Positions 45,954 to 56,474 are shown, counted from the first letter of the stretch. The stretch: 64,000 nucleotides of DNA from a candidate division WWE3 bacterium (GCA_014729135.1 WJKK01000001.1:535590-599589); one strand, 5' to 3'. The notes: a model not told the origin generated them from the sequence alone. Program-made: numbers and translations.

Positions 45954-46080
45954 CTCACAACTTGTAAAGCAAGTTGTGAAAGTTTTGAACTACCCGAAAT
46001 CCGCCGCAGGCGGATTGAGCTCTGAGTATTTGTTTGCTACCTCACAAGTTGCACTCAACTTGTGAACTTCAGCAAAGCGA
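45954..46080. repeat. Hairpin module block homologous to window positions 40-111
   Basis: cacaacttg-N-caagttgtgaaagt...cccgaaatccgccgcaggcggattgag...cctcacaagttgcactcaacttgtga. Confidence 0.6.
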
Positions 46081-46153
46081 GCATTCGTCTGCCTCCAAAC
46101 ATTTCCAAACACCCCTTAGAACAACATGCTATAATTTATCCATCCAAAACTCC

Positions 46154-46684
46154 ATGAAAAAAACACAAAAAATTACAAAAAAACAAATTCTAAATAAGGC
46201 CCTAGAAAACCTCTCTCCGGAAGGATCCGTTGATATAACAAAGCTTTCCAACTCCTTAGGAATCGAAGTATACGAATACCCTTTCGATAAAGACATTAGT
46301 GGGGCCGTCACAAAAAAAGACGATGGAACCTGCAGCATCTACGTTACAAAATCTGACCCCTTAACCAGAAAGCGCTTTTCAATAGCACATGAGCTTGCCC
46401 ACTACGTACTACATCCCGATTTATTAGAAAAAAACGGTGTCATACATCGCGGTTCAAAAAGTGACACCAACTTAGAAGAAGAAGCTAACAAACTTGCTGA
46501 GGAAATTCTTATTCCTTCAAGTTTAGCCGTCAAATTCTTAGAAAGCCTTGGAATTAAAAAAGCCGCCTCACTTTCTGCCGGAATTATTGACCAGTTTGCT
46601 AAAAGATTTAAAGTATCCCGCTATGTTGCCATTATTCGTTTACGCAACTTAAATTACAATGTCCCTTACATCTACTACTCCTGA
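46154..46684 (+). CDS. ImmA/IrrE-family (M78) metallopeptidase
   Basis: SIAHELAHYVLH HExxH motif in an ImmA-like context. The track ORF starts at 46034 inside the repeat, but the ATG at 46154 (MKKTQK) is the more plausible start. Confidence 0.55.
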   Translation: MKKTQKITKKQILNKALENLSPEGSVDITKLSNSLGIEVYEYPFDKDISGAVTKKDDGTCSIYVTKSDPLTRKRFSIAHELAHYVLHPDLLEKNGVIHRGSKSDTNLEEEANKLAEEILIPSSLAVKFLESLGIKKAASLSAGIIDQFAKRFKVSRYVAIIRLRNLNYNVPYIYYS

Positions 46685-47009
46685 TGAAAAACGCCTTCCA
46701 CCTATTGAGGAGGTTCTAGCCGGTGAGAAGAAGGCGGAAAGCGTTTCTTTGGATGAGCAGTTGCGAGATCAGCGTAAAAAGGATGATTTTCGTCGAACCC
46801 GGGAAATACAAGATGCGCTTAATTCAGTTATTACGACATGTATTAATCCGGGACTTTATGTGTTTTTAGTTTGTTTAGCTTTTTTTAGTATCTATTTGTT
46901 GGTTGTAGGGGAGAGAACCACGGTTATTGGATGGCTTGAAAAGGCGGTTGCTTTTGTTATTGGAGGTTTAGTTCTACCCCAGATTAGCAAGCTGCAAAGT
47001 TCAGCTTAA
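46659..47009 (+). CDS. Hypothetical small membrane protein
   Basis: Two C-terminal TM helices. It overlaps the upstream gene's end. Weak support. Confidence 0.25.
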   Translation: MSLTSTTPDEKRLPPIEEVLAGEKKAESVSLDEQLRDQRKKDDFRRTREIQDALNSVITTCINPGLYVFLVCLAFFSIYLLVVGERTTVIGWLEKAVAFVIGGLVLPQISKLQSSA

Positions 47010-47067
47010 TCTTGGGTGGGTACATGAGAAACATTTTTAATCTGCTAAAATTCACACAGACGTCATT

Positions 47068-48552
47068 ATGCTTGGACTACTAAAAAGCACATCTGTAATA
47101 TTTCTTATCGCCTTTGCAGGTTTCCTTATTTCCAAGGAAAGTTATCGTCAAGGTTTTGAAAAATCTTTAAAGGATATTTCCTTGTGGATTTCAAGCAATT
47201 ACAAAGTTTTGTTAGTTGCTGTTTTAGGTTTTGCTGCAATTTTACGTTTTTACAATCTAACTTCCCGTGAATTTTGGTACGACGAGGCTTTTTCCTCACT
47301 TTTAATTAACAGATCCTGGGCAAGCTTTTTTACTCTCATGCTTAAAGATGTTCACCCGCCTTTGTACTACGTTTTATTGAAGGCCTGGAGTTATATTTTT
47401 GGTTTTTCCGATCTCGGCTTAAGATCCTTTTCCGTAGTTTTTGGGATAGCCGCTGTCTTTATGGCGACTCAATTTGTCTACACTCTCACAAAAAATAAAT
47501 CTGCTGCACTAATCTCAGGAGTCATATTTGCTGTCAATCCTTTTTTAATTCAATACTCCCAAGAAACGCGCTCCTATGCCCTCCTTTCTTTTTTAATTTT
47601 GACCGTTGCTTATGCGCTTTTTAATAAGCGTTGGGGATTGCTTGCCCTATTTCTTTCTCTAACTTTCCTAACTCACTACATGAATCTTTTCTTATTTCCC
47701 TTCGTCTTTTTTGTGGTTCTGGCCTACAATCTTTTAGATAAGGAGGTAAGTTGGTTAAGTTTTTCATCCCTGCTTTTCCCTTTTGTTGTGGTGTTGGTTT
47801 GGTCGCCCTTTTTGTATAACCACTGGAAGGGTGGTTCTGATCTTCTGGGATGGATTCCTCCCGCTAAGCTTTCTAGTTTGTTTTATGCACTTTCTACGTT
47901 TCTTTTTGGCGAAGTTTTTTCAAAATCCCGCCTGATTCTTATTTTTACTCTCCTAGGTGCTTTTCTTACAGGGGTTTTTATTTGGCAGACCTTTTACAAA
48001 AAGTCGAAGCAGTTTAAGTTTAATTTTTTAAGCCTAGTGTCCTTAAGTCTCATTCCTATCTGTATAGTTTTGTGTCTGTCCATTTTTGGAGGTATGGATT
48101 TGTTTATAGACCGGGTTTTAATTGGTTATTTTGCACTGCTTTTGACTCTAATTATTTATACCTTTTCAAAAGCACATCCACTTGTTTGGATTCCTGCCTT
48201 TCTTTTATATGCTTTTTACTCCCTAAACTTTCTGCAGCAAAAATCCGTTGAAAATCCCGGTTATAATGAGCTTATTAAGTTTTCAAATCACACTAATAAA
48301 AAGCTTGTACTAACTGATCCCATGCACTACTTGCCAATGAAACATTATCTTTTTAAGGCGTCTCCACAGAAGCTGGCTCAAATTAAGGTTCAGTTAGATA
48401 CTCCGGGGGATTGGCCTTTAATTTTTCAAGAGGATCGTGTTGAAAAGGAGAATCTTAATGAGCCATTTTATCTGGTTAATTATGGAGAGATTTCGGATTG
48501 GCAGTCTTCTATTAAGGTAGGAAGTTTTTATTTGTATGAATGGAGTAATTAG
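47068..48552 (+). CDS. GT39/PMT_2-family (ArnT/PMT-like) membrane glycosyltransferase
   Basis: Polytopic protein with the first-loop FWYDEAF (DE motif) characteristic of GT-C dolichyl/undecaprenyl-phosphate-sugar transferases. Confidence 0.55.
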   Translation: MLGLLKSTSVIFLIAFAGFLISKESYRQGFEKSLKDISLWISSNYKVLLVAVLGFAAILRFYNLTSREFWYDEAFSSLLINRSWASFFTLMLKDVHPPLYYVLLKAWSYIFGFSDLGLRSFSVVFGIAAVFMATQFVYTLTKNKSAALISGVIFAVNPFLIQYSQETRSYALLSFLILTVAYALFNKRWGLLALFLSLTFLTHYMNLFLFPFVFFVVLAYNLLDKEVSWLSFSSLLFPFVVVLVWSPFLYNHWKGGSDLLGWIPPAKLSSLFYALSTFLFGEVFSKSRLILIFTLLGAFLTGVFIWQTFYKKSKQFKFNFLSLVSLSLIPICIVLCLSIFGGMDLFIDRVLIGYFALLLTLIIYTFSKAHPLVWIPAFLLYAFYSLNFLQQKSVENPGYNELIKFSNHTNKKLVLTDPMHYLPMKHYLFKASPQKLAQIKVQLDTPGDWPLIFQEDRVEKENLNEPFYLVNYGEISDWQSSIKVGSFYLYEWSN

Positions 48553-48573
48553 ATTTATGAGGGGTGTGTTTTT

Positions 48574-49737
48574 ATGGTGATGGGTGCTGCGGGGATTGGT
48601 AGAGGTGGTGGAGAGGGTTTGCCTCCTATGGGATCGCGCCCTGAGGAGGAAGGCGTTAAGTCAATTATTGAAAGACCTTCTTATGATGAAATGGAGGGTG
48701 AAGCTTCAGCAGAGATTTCGGAGGGTACCAGTGAAGCCGCCGGCAGTGAAGAAACCCTAGAATTAGCAGAAGTTCATCAGCTGCTTTTAGACTCTTTAGA
48801 AGGAGTGCCAACAAGTGAGGGAGTAACTGAAGAGCAACGTGCTGAAATGATAAGTCGCCTGTCCCCTAATTTAGTCGAGGAACTTCATGGTCATTTAGAG
48901 GCGCTTGACTACAAACAAGAATATCTAGGTTATGATCCTATTGAATCTCACAGTGCGCAATTAGGTGTTCTTCGCGGGGAGCTTTTTGAAAGGTTGTTAC
49001 AAACGCATTCTGATGAGTTTTTTGAGGAGTTAGGTATCGAGAATTATCCATTGGATACGCCTTTAGCGGAGGAACTTTTAGAGTTGCTTTATAAAAGTGA
49101 AAGATTTGGTTTTGAACGTAGTGGGCGTAACCCGGATTCAGCCATGGTGGAGCTTGTGGAGGAGGAAGGAAAAAAGATATTAGGTATTAAGGCCTTAGTA
49201 GAGGCAAAATGTACCTATGGGGGGCTTGATTATCGCGCTTTTGACCAAGTTACAACTTTTGATAAAACTGTAGAGGATGTTTGGTCTGATGTTGCTCGTA
49301 AAAAAGAAGCACTTTATCGCAGGATTGCCGGCAAATATGTAGAACGCGAGAGAAGCAGGGGCAGATCCGACTTCTCAATGGAGGTTATTCCTCCTCCAAT
49401 TCAAGAACAGCTACGTCAGGTTTCCGAAGAGGTTTTTGTTGAGCGCCATGGTTTGCATAATTTAGTTGGTTTTGACGAAGTGCGCGTAGATCCCGATGCC
49501 CAAAGGATAGTTGTGCTTCCGTCGAATAAACCGGTTCCTGAAAACAGAGGAGATACCGCTCGCGAAGATTGGTTGAATCTTATAGCAACGTATGACTTTC
49601 GTCGTCCCTCCGATTACGAACATTTTGCAGATTTAATGGAGACAGGTGAAGTTACTGTGGCAAAAGCGTATTTTTCATATGATGAAGTGGAAGCAATGTC
49701 AAAAGCCCTCTTGCAGCAAATACAAGCTCGTTACTAA
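48574..49737 (+). CDS. Hypothetical acidic protein
   Basis: ORF only. Gly-rich N-terminus, then a Glu-rich region. No motif recognised. Confidence 0.3.
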   Translation: MVMGAAGIGRGGGEGLPPMGSRPEEEGVKSIIERPSYDEMEGEASAEISEGTSEAAGSEETLELAEVHQLLLDSLEGVPTSEGVTEEQRAEMISRLSPNLVEELHGHLEALDYKQEYLGYDPIESHSAQLGVLRGELFERLLQTHSDEFFEELGIENYPLDTPLAEELLELLYKSERFGFERSGRNPDSAMVELVEEEGKKILGIKALVEAKCTYGGLDYRAFDQVTTFDKTVEDVWSDVARKKEALYRRIAGKYVERERSRGRSDFSMEVIPPPIQEQLRQVSEEVFVERHGLHNLVGFDEVRVDPDAQRIVVLPSNKPVPENRGDTAREDWLNLIATYDFRRPSDYEHFADLMETGEVTVAKAYFSYDEVEAMSKALLQQIQARY

Positions 49738-49741
49738 ATCC

Positions 49742-50953
49742 TTAGAAGTTAATCAAAAAAGTAAGTCCAGAACCTACAGCTGCAACCACAAACACCCACA
49801 TCCAGGAACCGGTCAATAACATGATTCCTACACAAGAGAGTAATACGAAAAGTCGAGCTGTATGCAGTGCAACTTCCCTATAGGTAATGAAGTTAGAGGC
49901 ATGTTTACCATCTACTTTTTCGTAAGTGGCTGCTATGAAGCAAGTTCCATAGGCCGAAGCGTTAATTTTATCTAAGATATTGTTTAGATAATAAGCTGCG
50001 GGGGAAATTATGAAGAGTCTGGATAAATGTAGTGCGGAATTTATAGTCACGCTTATTGCATGCAAAAGGCCCTTTCCGTTTCGATCGATGACTGTGCCCA
50101 CGCTAATTAGAAGTACCGTTGCTACTATTCCCGAAAATGTTTTTAAGAAACCAATTTCTACAAAATCTTGCAGTTTTAGATAAAGCATTACAGACCAAAA
50201 AATTGCAAAAATGATGGCCGAAGTAACTCTGCCGGCTAGCGCTATGGTAGTTTTTAGGTATTTTTTGTTTCCTAGATATTCCCTCCATACCTTTTTAAAC
50301 TTGTGCGGGGAGTGCTTTTGCTCTTTGACATAAACTAATATGGGTAATGAAGCTGCCAGTAATAGAACTATAGAAAGCATATAAAGTGTGTTAAATCCTA
50401 GATTCGTGATTATTAACCCTCCAAGGAGAGGTGCCAGGGAGGTAGCAATTCCCGAGAAAAAGCTTTGTTTGCTAATCTCGGAACCAAATTTATGATCTCC
50501 ATCATCGGCTCTTCTCATAAAAAAGATGTGATAAGGGATCCAATAAAAGGGTATTCGAGCACCCCAAAAGATTCCCGAAAGGATTAACAGTAAAGGTTGT
50601 TTTTCTGCGGAAAGTAGAAATACAAGACTTACTATTCGAAACAGGATTCCTATTACGAGGCTGTTTTTTAGGTGAAACGTGTTGAAAATGTTCTCAATAA
50701 AAAAGGCAATTACTAGAAGGACTACTACAGAAATTAGCGCATAAAAGAGACAAATCCACACGAGGCCGTTTATAACTTCAGAACTGCCAAAAAGTTGATT
50801 TTTTAAGGACAGTTGGTAGATGTAGATTGGTAAGTAGATTCCTATAAGTGATATTGCCAAGTCGGAGACAGCACGCGTTGTATAAATCGCTGACGCCTCC
50901 TTCATGGCATATCCTCTGCGATTTACAAATTTTTTTAGGGCAGCAATTATCAT
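49742..50953 (-). CDS. Polytopic membrane protein (possible MFS-like transporter)
   Basis: About 12 hydrophobic segments. No signature motif confirmed. Confidence 0.35.
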   Translation of the reverse strand: MIIAALKKFVNRRGYAMKEASAIYTTRAVSDLAISLIGIYLPIYIYQLSLKNQLFGSSEVINGLVWICLFYALISVVVLLVIAFFIENIFNTFHLKNSLVIGILFRIVSLVFLLSAEKQPLLLILSGIFWGARIPFYWIPYHIFFMRRADDGDHKFGSEISKQSFFSGIATSLAPLLGGLIITNLGFNTLYMLSIVLLLAASLPILVYVKEQKHSPHKFKKVWREYLGNKKYLKTTIALAGRVTSAIIFAIFWSVMLYLKLQDFVEIGFLKTFSGIVATVLLISVGTVIDRNGKGLLHAISVTINSALHLSRLFIISPAAYYLNNILDKINASAYGTCFIAATYEKVDGKHASNFITYREVALHTARLFVLLSCVGIMLLTGSWMWVFVVAAVGSGLTFLINF

Positions 50954-50970
50954 TTACAGCTTTTATTTTC

Positions 50971-51921
50971 TTATTTTTGCGGCGTCACTTGCGTAGGAGT
51001 ATTAGCACTGGCTATTTCTTGTCCTGCACGATCTCCATACGGATAGATAATAACCATGGAACTTTCTTCCTTGCTCATTTCATTTAGGATTTGAAGCTCT
51101 CTCAAGCGCATACCAAATTTATCTTTTTCCAGAATTCTACTTGCTTCTGATAATTTTTCTGCAACTTGAATTTCCGTTTCTGCCTGAATCTGCTTTGCTT
51201 GGGAGGCTCTTTCTTCTCTTGCAATAACTGCTAATTCTTCCACTAAGGATCCGGGCGCATCAACGTCCGTAATTCGCACGGCGCGTACATCTACTCCATA
51301 AACAACAGCATCAGAATCGATTTGTCGTTTAAGATCTTCGGCAATGCTTTCCCTATCACTCAGAAGATTCTTAAGATCCAAACTTCCAATAGTGTTTTTT
51401 AAAGCCTCCGTTGCAAGCCAAATGACCGATTGCTTGTAATGCTTAACATCTAGAGTAGCCTTTTTAGCATTTTCTACCTTGTATTCAACTGCTGCTGTAA
51501 CCTTAATAGGAACATTGTCTTTAGTAAGCGTATTTGTTGCTTCGACCTGCTGGGTTTCAATTCGCGTATCCAGAATATTAGCAACCGAGTAAATAAAAGG
51601 TGGAATTATGAAAAATCCGGCTTCTTTAACAGAGTCAAATTTACCCAGCCTCAAAAGGATGAGTTTTTCCCACTCCGGAAGGATATAAAACATTTTTGAA
51701 ACGGTACTTGCAAGCCAGATGTTAACAAGGATCGAGGGTATGACAAGAACCATAGCTTCGCTAAAAATCGACAGTGAGAGCGCACTTAATGGCAAAGTTC
51801 CCAGTGCTGTAAGAGCAACCATTGCAACAATCCATGCCACGCTTCTAATAAAAGTTTGTACTGCCTTGGTGCTTTGATATGTTTTTGAGTTTACGAAATT
51901 GGAACTGAGATTGTATGCCAT
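50971..51921 (-). CDS. SPFH/band-7 (stomatin/prohibitin-like) membrane protein
   Basis: N-terminal TM region followed by an SPFH-like core and a C-terminal coiled-coil (AREERASQAKQIQAETE). Confidence 0.65.
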   Translation of the reverse strand: MAYNLSSNFVNSKTYQSTKAVQTFIRSVAWIVAMVALTALGTLPLSALSLSIFSEAMVLVIPSILVNIWLASTVSKMFYILPEWEKLILLRLGKFDSVKEAGFFIIPPFIYSVANILDTRIETQQVEATNTLTKDNVPIKVTAAVEYKVENAKKATLDVKHYKQSVIWLATEALKNTIGSLDLKNLLSDRESIAEDLKRQIDSDAVVYGVDVRAVRITDVDAPGSLVEELAVIAREERASQAKQIQAETEIQVAEKLSEASRILEKDKFGMRLRELQILNEMSKEESSMVIIYPYGDRAGQEIASANTPTQVTPQK

Positions 51922-51990
51922 GGTTTGCCTTTCTTGTGACTAAATACTTTTGTTGTTCAAATAATGTCGGGGATCCCGATTAACTTAATT

Positions 51991-54468
51991 TTATTCTACA
52001 ACAATACTAACTATTTTATTAGGTACATAAATGAAGCGTTTGATGTTCTTACCTTTCACATATTTTTGCACGTTTTCCAGCTCTAAAACTCGCTTTTTAA
52101 CACTTTCCTCAGGTTCATCTCGGTCAATTTCAATATCTTCCCGAACCTTTCCGTTTACCTGAACACCAATTTGAAAGGAGTCTTTTTTAGCAAGCTTTTC
52201 ATTGTATTTGGGCCAAGCTTGCGAGTGAATACTGTTTTCAACTGACCATTCCTTGGCGTCATTTACCTCTTGCCAAAGTTCTTCCGTTACAAAAGGAGCA
52301 AAAGGAGCCAGAACTTTTAAAAAGCCCTTCCAGATTTCACTATCAATCTGCTTTTTCTTCTTAATAATATTTACAAAAATCATAAGCTGACTAACCGCTG
52401 TATTCATTTTGAAGTCTTCACACATGGAAGTAACGTTTTTGAGCATTTGGTGATATGCCTTTTCAACTTCTTTGTCGTTTACGTCAGCGACCACCTTATT
52501 TTTCATTCCATAAACGGTGTTTATAAATCGGGAAATTGCTTTTAGGCCTTCCGTGTTCCAAGGATAGGTTTCGTCATAAGGACCAATAAATGCCAAATAA
52601 GTTCTAACTGCATCTGCTCCATATGTTTGCACCACCTCTTTAGGATTCACAACATACTCCGGACGTGACTTTGACATTTTCCTATTGTCTTCTCCCAAAA
52701 GGAGTCCTCCACTCATCCTGTATTTAATGGGTTCTTCCGTTGGGACAAGGCCTTGATCATACAAAAACTTGTACCAAAAACGTGTGTACAATAAGTGCGC
52801 TGTTGTGTGTCCGGCATCTCCGTAATATTCATCAACCGGCAGCCAATATTTCATTTTTTCAAAGTCAGCAAAAGCTTCGTTATTTTTTGGATCAATGTAA
52901 CGAATGTAGTACCAATTGGATCCTGCCCATGTAGGCATTGTGTCTGTTTCTCTTGTAGCGGGATTTCCTTGGGAGTCTGTAGTTTTTTTGAAGTCTTCAA
53001 ATTCGCTTAAAGCGGGAAATCCTGCTTTGTCTTTCAACACCTCCTCTTTCAACTCGGGAAGCTCTAAAGGCAAGTCATAGTCAGGCTCTATTTTGCCATC
53101 TTTTGTATAAATTAATGGAATAGGCTCTCCCCAATATCTTTGTCTAGACCAAATTTGATCTCTTAATTTATAAGTAGTGTTTTTTTCTCCAAAGCCCTTT
53201 TCCTCCAAGTATTGAATGGTCTTTTCAATTGCTTCCTTTGTAGTAAGCCCATTTAGAAAGCCACTGTTAATTGCAATACCTTCTCCTTCAAATATGTCAT
53301 CCAAACTTGCAATCTCGGTTACATCGGGATTTTCCGGATCCTCAACAACCCTTACAACTTCCAAATCATGAGCTTTTGCAAATTCAAAATCGCGCTTGTC
53401 GTGTGCCGGAACTCCTACTACAGCACCCGTTCCATAGTTATACATTACATAATCAGCCACATAAACAGGGAGTTTTTTGTCGTTTAAGGGATTTATGGCA
53501 TAGCTTCCCGTAAATACTCCTGTTTTTTCCTTGGCTTTAGTTCTTTCAAGTTCGGATTTAGCTAGAGAGCGTTTTACATATTTTTCTACTTCGGACTTTT
53601 GTTCTGCAGTTGTAACCTTCTCCACAAGAGGGTGCTTAGGCGCCAAAACAACAAAAGTAGCTCCAAAGTTTGTATCCGGACGTGTTGTAAAGCAGGTTAC
53701 AGTAGGCGTCTTTTCATATGTTTTTGAAGGAGTTTCTATTTCATATGTAATGTTTGCCCCTTCTTTTTTGCCTATCCAGTTAATCTGTGCTTGTTTTACA
53801 GCATCTGTGTAATCCGTTTTGTCCAAATCCTCAAGGAGTTTATCTGCATAATCCGTTATTTTTAAGATCCACTGTTTAAACATTTTTCGTTCAACAGGAT
53901 AGCCTCCCCGCTCTGAAACCTTTTCACCCTCCTTATCTCCCGGGAGAACCTCTTCATCAGCTAAAACACCTAATTCTTCACACCACCAAACCGGCATTTC
54001 TTTAACTTCGGCTAAGTCCGCTTCCCAAAGCTTTAAAAACATCCATTGGGTCCACTTGTAAGTTTCCGGTTTACTTGTGTCCATTTCTCGCGACCAATCA
54101 ATAGCATAGCCCATATCCATCATAGATTTTTTGTAGTTTGGAATTGCTTTATCTAGAACTTCTCTAGGCGTTGAATTTGTTCGAATTGCAAATGTTTCTG
54201 CAGGAAGGCCAAATGAGTCCCATCCCATTGGAAAGAGGACGTTGTAACCTTGCATTCTTAAATAGCGAGATCTTATTTCCGGAACAGTGTAGCGCATCAT
54301 GTGGCCTACATGAAGGTAGCTCCCTGAAGGGTAGGGGAGTTCTGCAAGAATGTATTTTTTGGGTTTGTCTGAGAAGTCTTTGGCTTTATATAGATCAGTC
54401 TCGTACCATTTTTCTGTCCAATTTTTCTCGGTTTCTTTGTGGTTGTAATCAGTGTTTCCAGCAGTCAT
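51991..54468 (-). CDS. leuS: Leucyl-tRNA synthetase
   Basis: PYPSGSYLHVGH HIGH region, GWDSFGLPAE, and a KMSKS motif. 825 aa. Confidence 0.85.
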   Translation of the reverse strand: MTAGNTDYNHKETEKNWTEKWYETDLYKAKDFSDKPKKYILAELPYPSGSYLHVGHMMRYTVPEIRSRYLRMQGYNVLFPMGWDSFGLPAETFAIRTNSTPREVLDKAIPNYKKSMMDMGYAIDWSREMDTSKPETYKWTQWMFLKLWEADLAEVKEMPVWWCEELGVLADEEVLPGDKEGEKVSERGGYPVERKMFKQWILKITDYADKLLEDLDKTDYTDAVKQAQINWIGKKEGANITYEIETPSKTYEKTPTVTCFTTRPDTNFGATFVVLAPKHPLVEKVTTAEQKSEVEKYVKRSLAKSELERTKAKEKTGVFTGSYAINPLNDKKLPVYVADYVMYNYGTGAVVGVPAHDKRDFEFAKAHDLEVVRVVEDPENPDVTEIASLDDIFEGEGIAINSGFLNGLTTKEAIEKTIQYLEEKGFGEKNTTYKLRDQIWSRQRYWGEPIPLIYTKDGKIEPDYDLPLELPELKEEVLKDKAGFPALSEFEDFKKTTDSQGNPATRETDTMPTWAGSNWYYIRYIDPKNNEAFADFEKMKYWLPVDEYYGDAGHTTAHLLYTRFWYKFLYDQGLVPTEEPIKYRMSGGLLLGEDNRKMSKSRPEYVVNPKEVVQTYGADAVRTYLAFIGPYDETYPWNTEGLKAISRFINTVYGMKNKVVADVNDKEVEKAYHQMLKNVTSMCEDFKMNTAVSQLMIFVNIIKKKKQIDSEIWKGFLKVLAPFAPFVTEELWQEVNDAKEWSVENSIHSQAWPKYNEKLAKKDSFQIGVQVNGKVREDIEIDRDEPEESVKKRVLELENVQKYVKGKNIKRFIYVPNKIVSIVVE

Positions 54469-54539
54469 GGCAACATTTTAACACACCTATGTGAAATTTC
54501 GTTGCGTTGGAAGGGATTTTCTATTACAATACGCAAGCT

Positions 54540-54716
54540 ATGGCATCAAAAAAGGGAAATAGAGTTTTAATAGGCCTTAAGTGCGAGGAAACAGGGATGC
54601 GCCTATACGTGACTCAAAAAAATAGAATAAGCACTCGAGATAAGATTAGACTTCGCAAATATAATCCTCTTTTGAGGAGACACACTTGGTTTACTGAAGT
54701 AAAAAAGCTTAAGTAA
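54540..54716 (+). CDS. rpmG: 50S ribosomal protein L33
   Basis: MASKKGNRVLIGLKCEETG...TQKNR...LRKYNPLLRRHT matches the bL33 pattern. The start was moved to the internal ATG at 54540. Confidence 0.7.
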   Translation: MASKKGNRVLIGLKCEETGMRLYVTQKNRISTRDKIRLRKYNPLLRRHTWFTEVKKLK

Positions 54717-54806
54717 GCTTTGCGTCTGCTATTAGTATTGTCAGATCTTCTAAGCATTTTCCAAAATAAAAACTCCTTCGCTCTAGTCATGTTACAATAA
54801 CTCAAC

Positions 54807-55652
54807 ATGACACAAGAAAACACAAATCAAAACCGAACCCAAAATTTAATTGTTCCCATTGGAATCCTTTTATTCATCATAATTGGCTCTCTAGTTTACT
54901 TTGGTAACTTTTGGTATCAAAAAATTAAAGGAGATTCCCTTTTACAAGCGCGCACTGCTTTGGAACAGCAAGAACAGTTGGATGCGCAGCCTCAAGTTCA
55001 AGCAGCAGAAACTTCTAAAACCCCCTCTGACGTCAAAAGTGACAAACCTAAAGTAGAGCTTTTTGTTATGAGTCATTGTCCTTATGGAACTCAAATGGAG
55101 AAGGGGATTATCCCTGTAGTAGAGACGCTAGGGGATTCAATCGACTTTGAATTGAAGTTTGTTGACTATGTAATGCATGGCAAAGAGGAAGTGGATGAGC
55201 AGTTGGCGCAGTATTGTATTCAAGAAAATGAGCCTGAAAAGCTTCTTTCTTATCTTTCCTGCTTTTTAGAGGATTCAGATTCAGGGGCTTGTTTGAATTC
55301 AGTAGGAGTAGATCAAAATACACTGGCTTCTTGTATTCAAGCATCAGATGAAGAATTTGGAATTACTGCTTCCTTTGAGGATAAGTCTTCATGGAAGAGT
55401 GGCCGTTTTCCCGTTTTTGCAACACACGCTGAAGAGAATACAAAGTATGGTGTTCGAGGTTCTCCCACACTTATCATAAATGGTGCTAATGCAGAAGCTC
55501 GTTCCCGGGATCCGGCAACACTTTTAGCAACAGTTTGCTCTTACTTTAATGAGGAACCTGAGGCTTGCTCTACTTCGTTGTCGTCTGCAACTCCTGCTCC
55601 GGGATTTGGAACCGGAACTGCTAGCTCACCTTCCTCTGCAAGCTGCAATTAA
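54807..55652 (+). CDS. Signal-anchored thioredoxin-fold (DsbA-like) protein with a single-Cys CPYG motif
   Basis: N-terminal TM helix and LFVMSHCPYGTQ in the position of a CxxC active site. The second Cys is absent, so the function is uncertain. Confidence 0.3.
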   Translation: MTQENTNQNRTQNLIVPIGILLFIIIGSLVYFGNFWYQKIKGDSLLQARTALEQQEQLDAQPQVQAAETSKTPSDVKSDKPKVELFVMSHCPYGTQMEKGIIPVVETLGDSIDFELKFVDYVMHGKEEVDEQLAQYCIQENEPEKLLSYLSCFLEDSDSGACLNSVGVDQNTLASCIQASDEEFGITASFEDKSSWKSGRFPVFATHAEENTKYGVRGSPTLIINGANAEARSRDPATLLATVCSYFNEEPEACSTSLSSATPAPGFGTGTASSPSSASCN

Positions 55653-55736
55653 GCCTCTGAAGTTAAGACAATTTTAACTAAGACTTTTTCCTGATTTAAA
55701 GGAGGTACTTACTATAAGTATGGTAAAATCAAGGGC

Positions 55737-56444
55737 ATGTCCATTCTCTACATTGTAGCAACTCCTATAGGTAATTTATCCGACATCTCAAAACACGCTA
55801 TAGAAGTATTAAGGAACTCTGATTTAATCCTTTCGGAAGATACGCGCGAGACAGAAAAGGTTTTACAGGCTTTTAATATAGACACTCCACAAATATCTTA
55901 TCGAGATCAAAACCATCATAAAATTATGCCAAAGATACTTGATGAACTTGCTTTAGGTAAAACCCTATCTTTGGTTAGTGATAGCGGTACCCCTTTAATT
56001 TCCGATCCTGGTTTTCAGCTGGTTCGTAAGCTTAGAGCGCTCCAAACATCAAAGCAAAACCAAATTCCATTTGAGATCATTTCAATTCCAGGTCCTTCCG
56101 CAGTAATAGCAGCTTTGTCAGTTAGCGGACTCCCTACTGATAATTTTAGCTTTCTAGGTTTTCTACCAAAAAAGACAACACAACAAGAAAAGATACTTAA
56201 AGATTTTGGAGCGCTGCCTTCAACTTTAGTGATTTACGAATCTCCTTTTAGAGTAAAGAGACTTCTAGCTACCATTCATGAAACTTTAGGTAACAGACTT
56301 GTGTGCTTAGCAAAGGATCTAACAAAAAAATATGAAAAAGTTGTTACGGCACCCGTTCAAGATATTTTGTCTAATGCATCTGAGATTAAAGAAAAGGGGG
56401 AATATGTTGTCTTAGTGGCAAAAGAAGGTTATACTTTAGAATGA
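55737..56444 (+). CDS. rsmI: 16S rRNA (cytidine1402-2'-O)-methyltransferase
   Basis: LYIVATPIGNLSDIS...ILSEDTR N-terminal motif of the tetrapyrrole-methylase-fold RsmI. Confidence 0.8.
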   Translation: MSILYIVATPIGNLSDISKHAIEVLRNSDLILSEDTRETEKVLQAFNIDTPQISYRDQNHHKIMPKILDELALGKTLSLVSDSGTPLISDPGFQLVRKLRALQTSKQNQIPFEIISIPGPSAVIAALSVSGLPTDNFSFLGFLPKKTTQQEKILKDFGALPSTLVIYESPFRVKRLLATIHETLGNRLVCLAKDLTKKYEKVVTAPVQDILSNASEIKEKGEYVVLVAKEGYTLE

Positions 56445-56474
56445 TCTTTGTAGGTTTTTAGAAAGCAAAACAAA

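Noticed and set aside
36454-46080. Integrase, recombinase or transposase gene within or flanking the tRNA-His island.
   Set aside because: None of the ORFs shows tyrosine-recombinase (R..HxxR..Y), serine-recombinase or DDE motifs. The island is therefore called as integrase-less (a satellite, or decayed).
48574-49737. Acidic 387-aa protein as a candidate novel system component.
   Set aside because: There are no motifs, and the housekeeping neighbours give no informative context. It is retained only as a hypothetical CDS.
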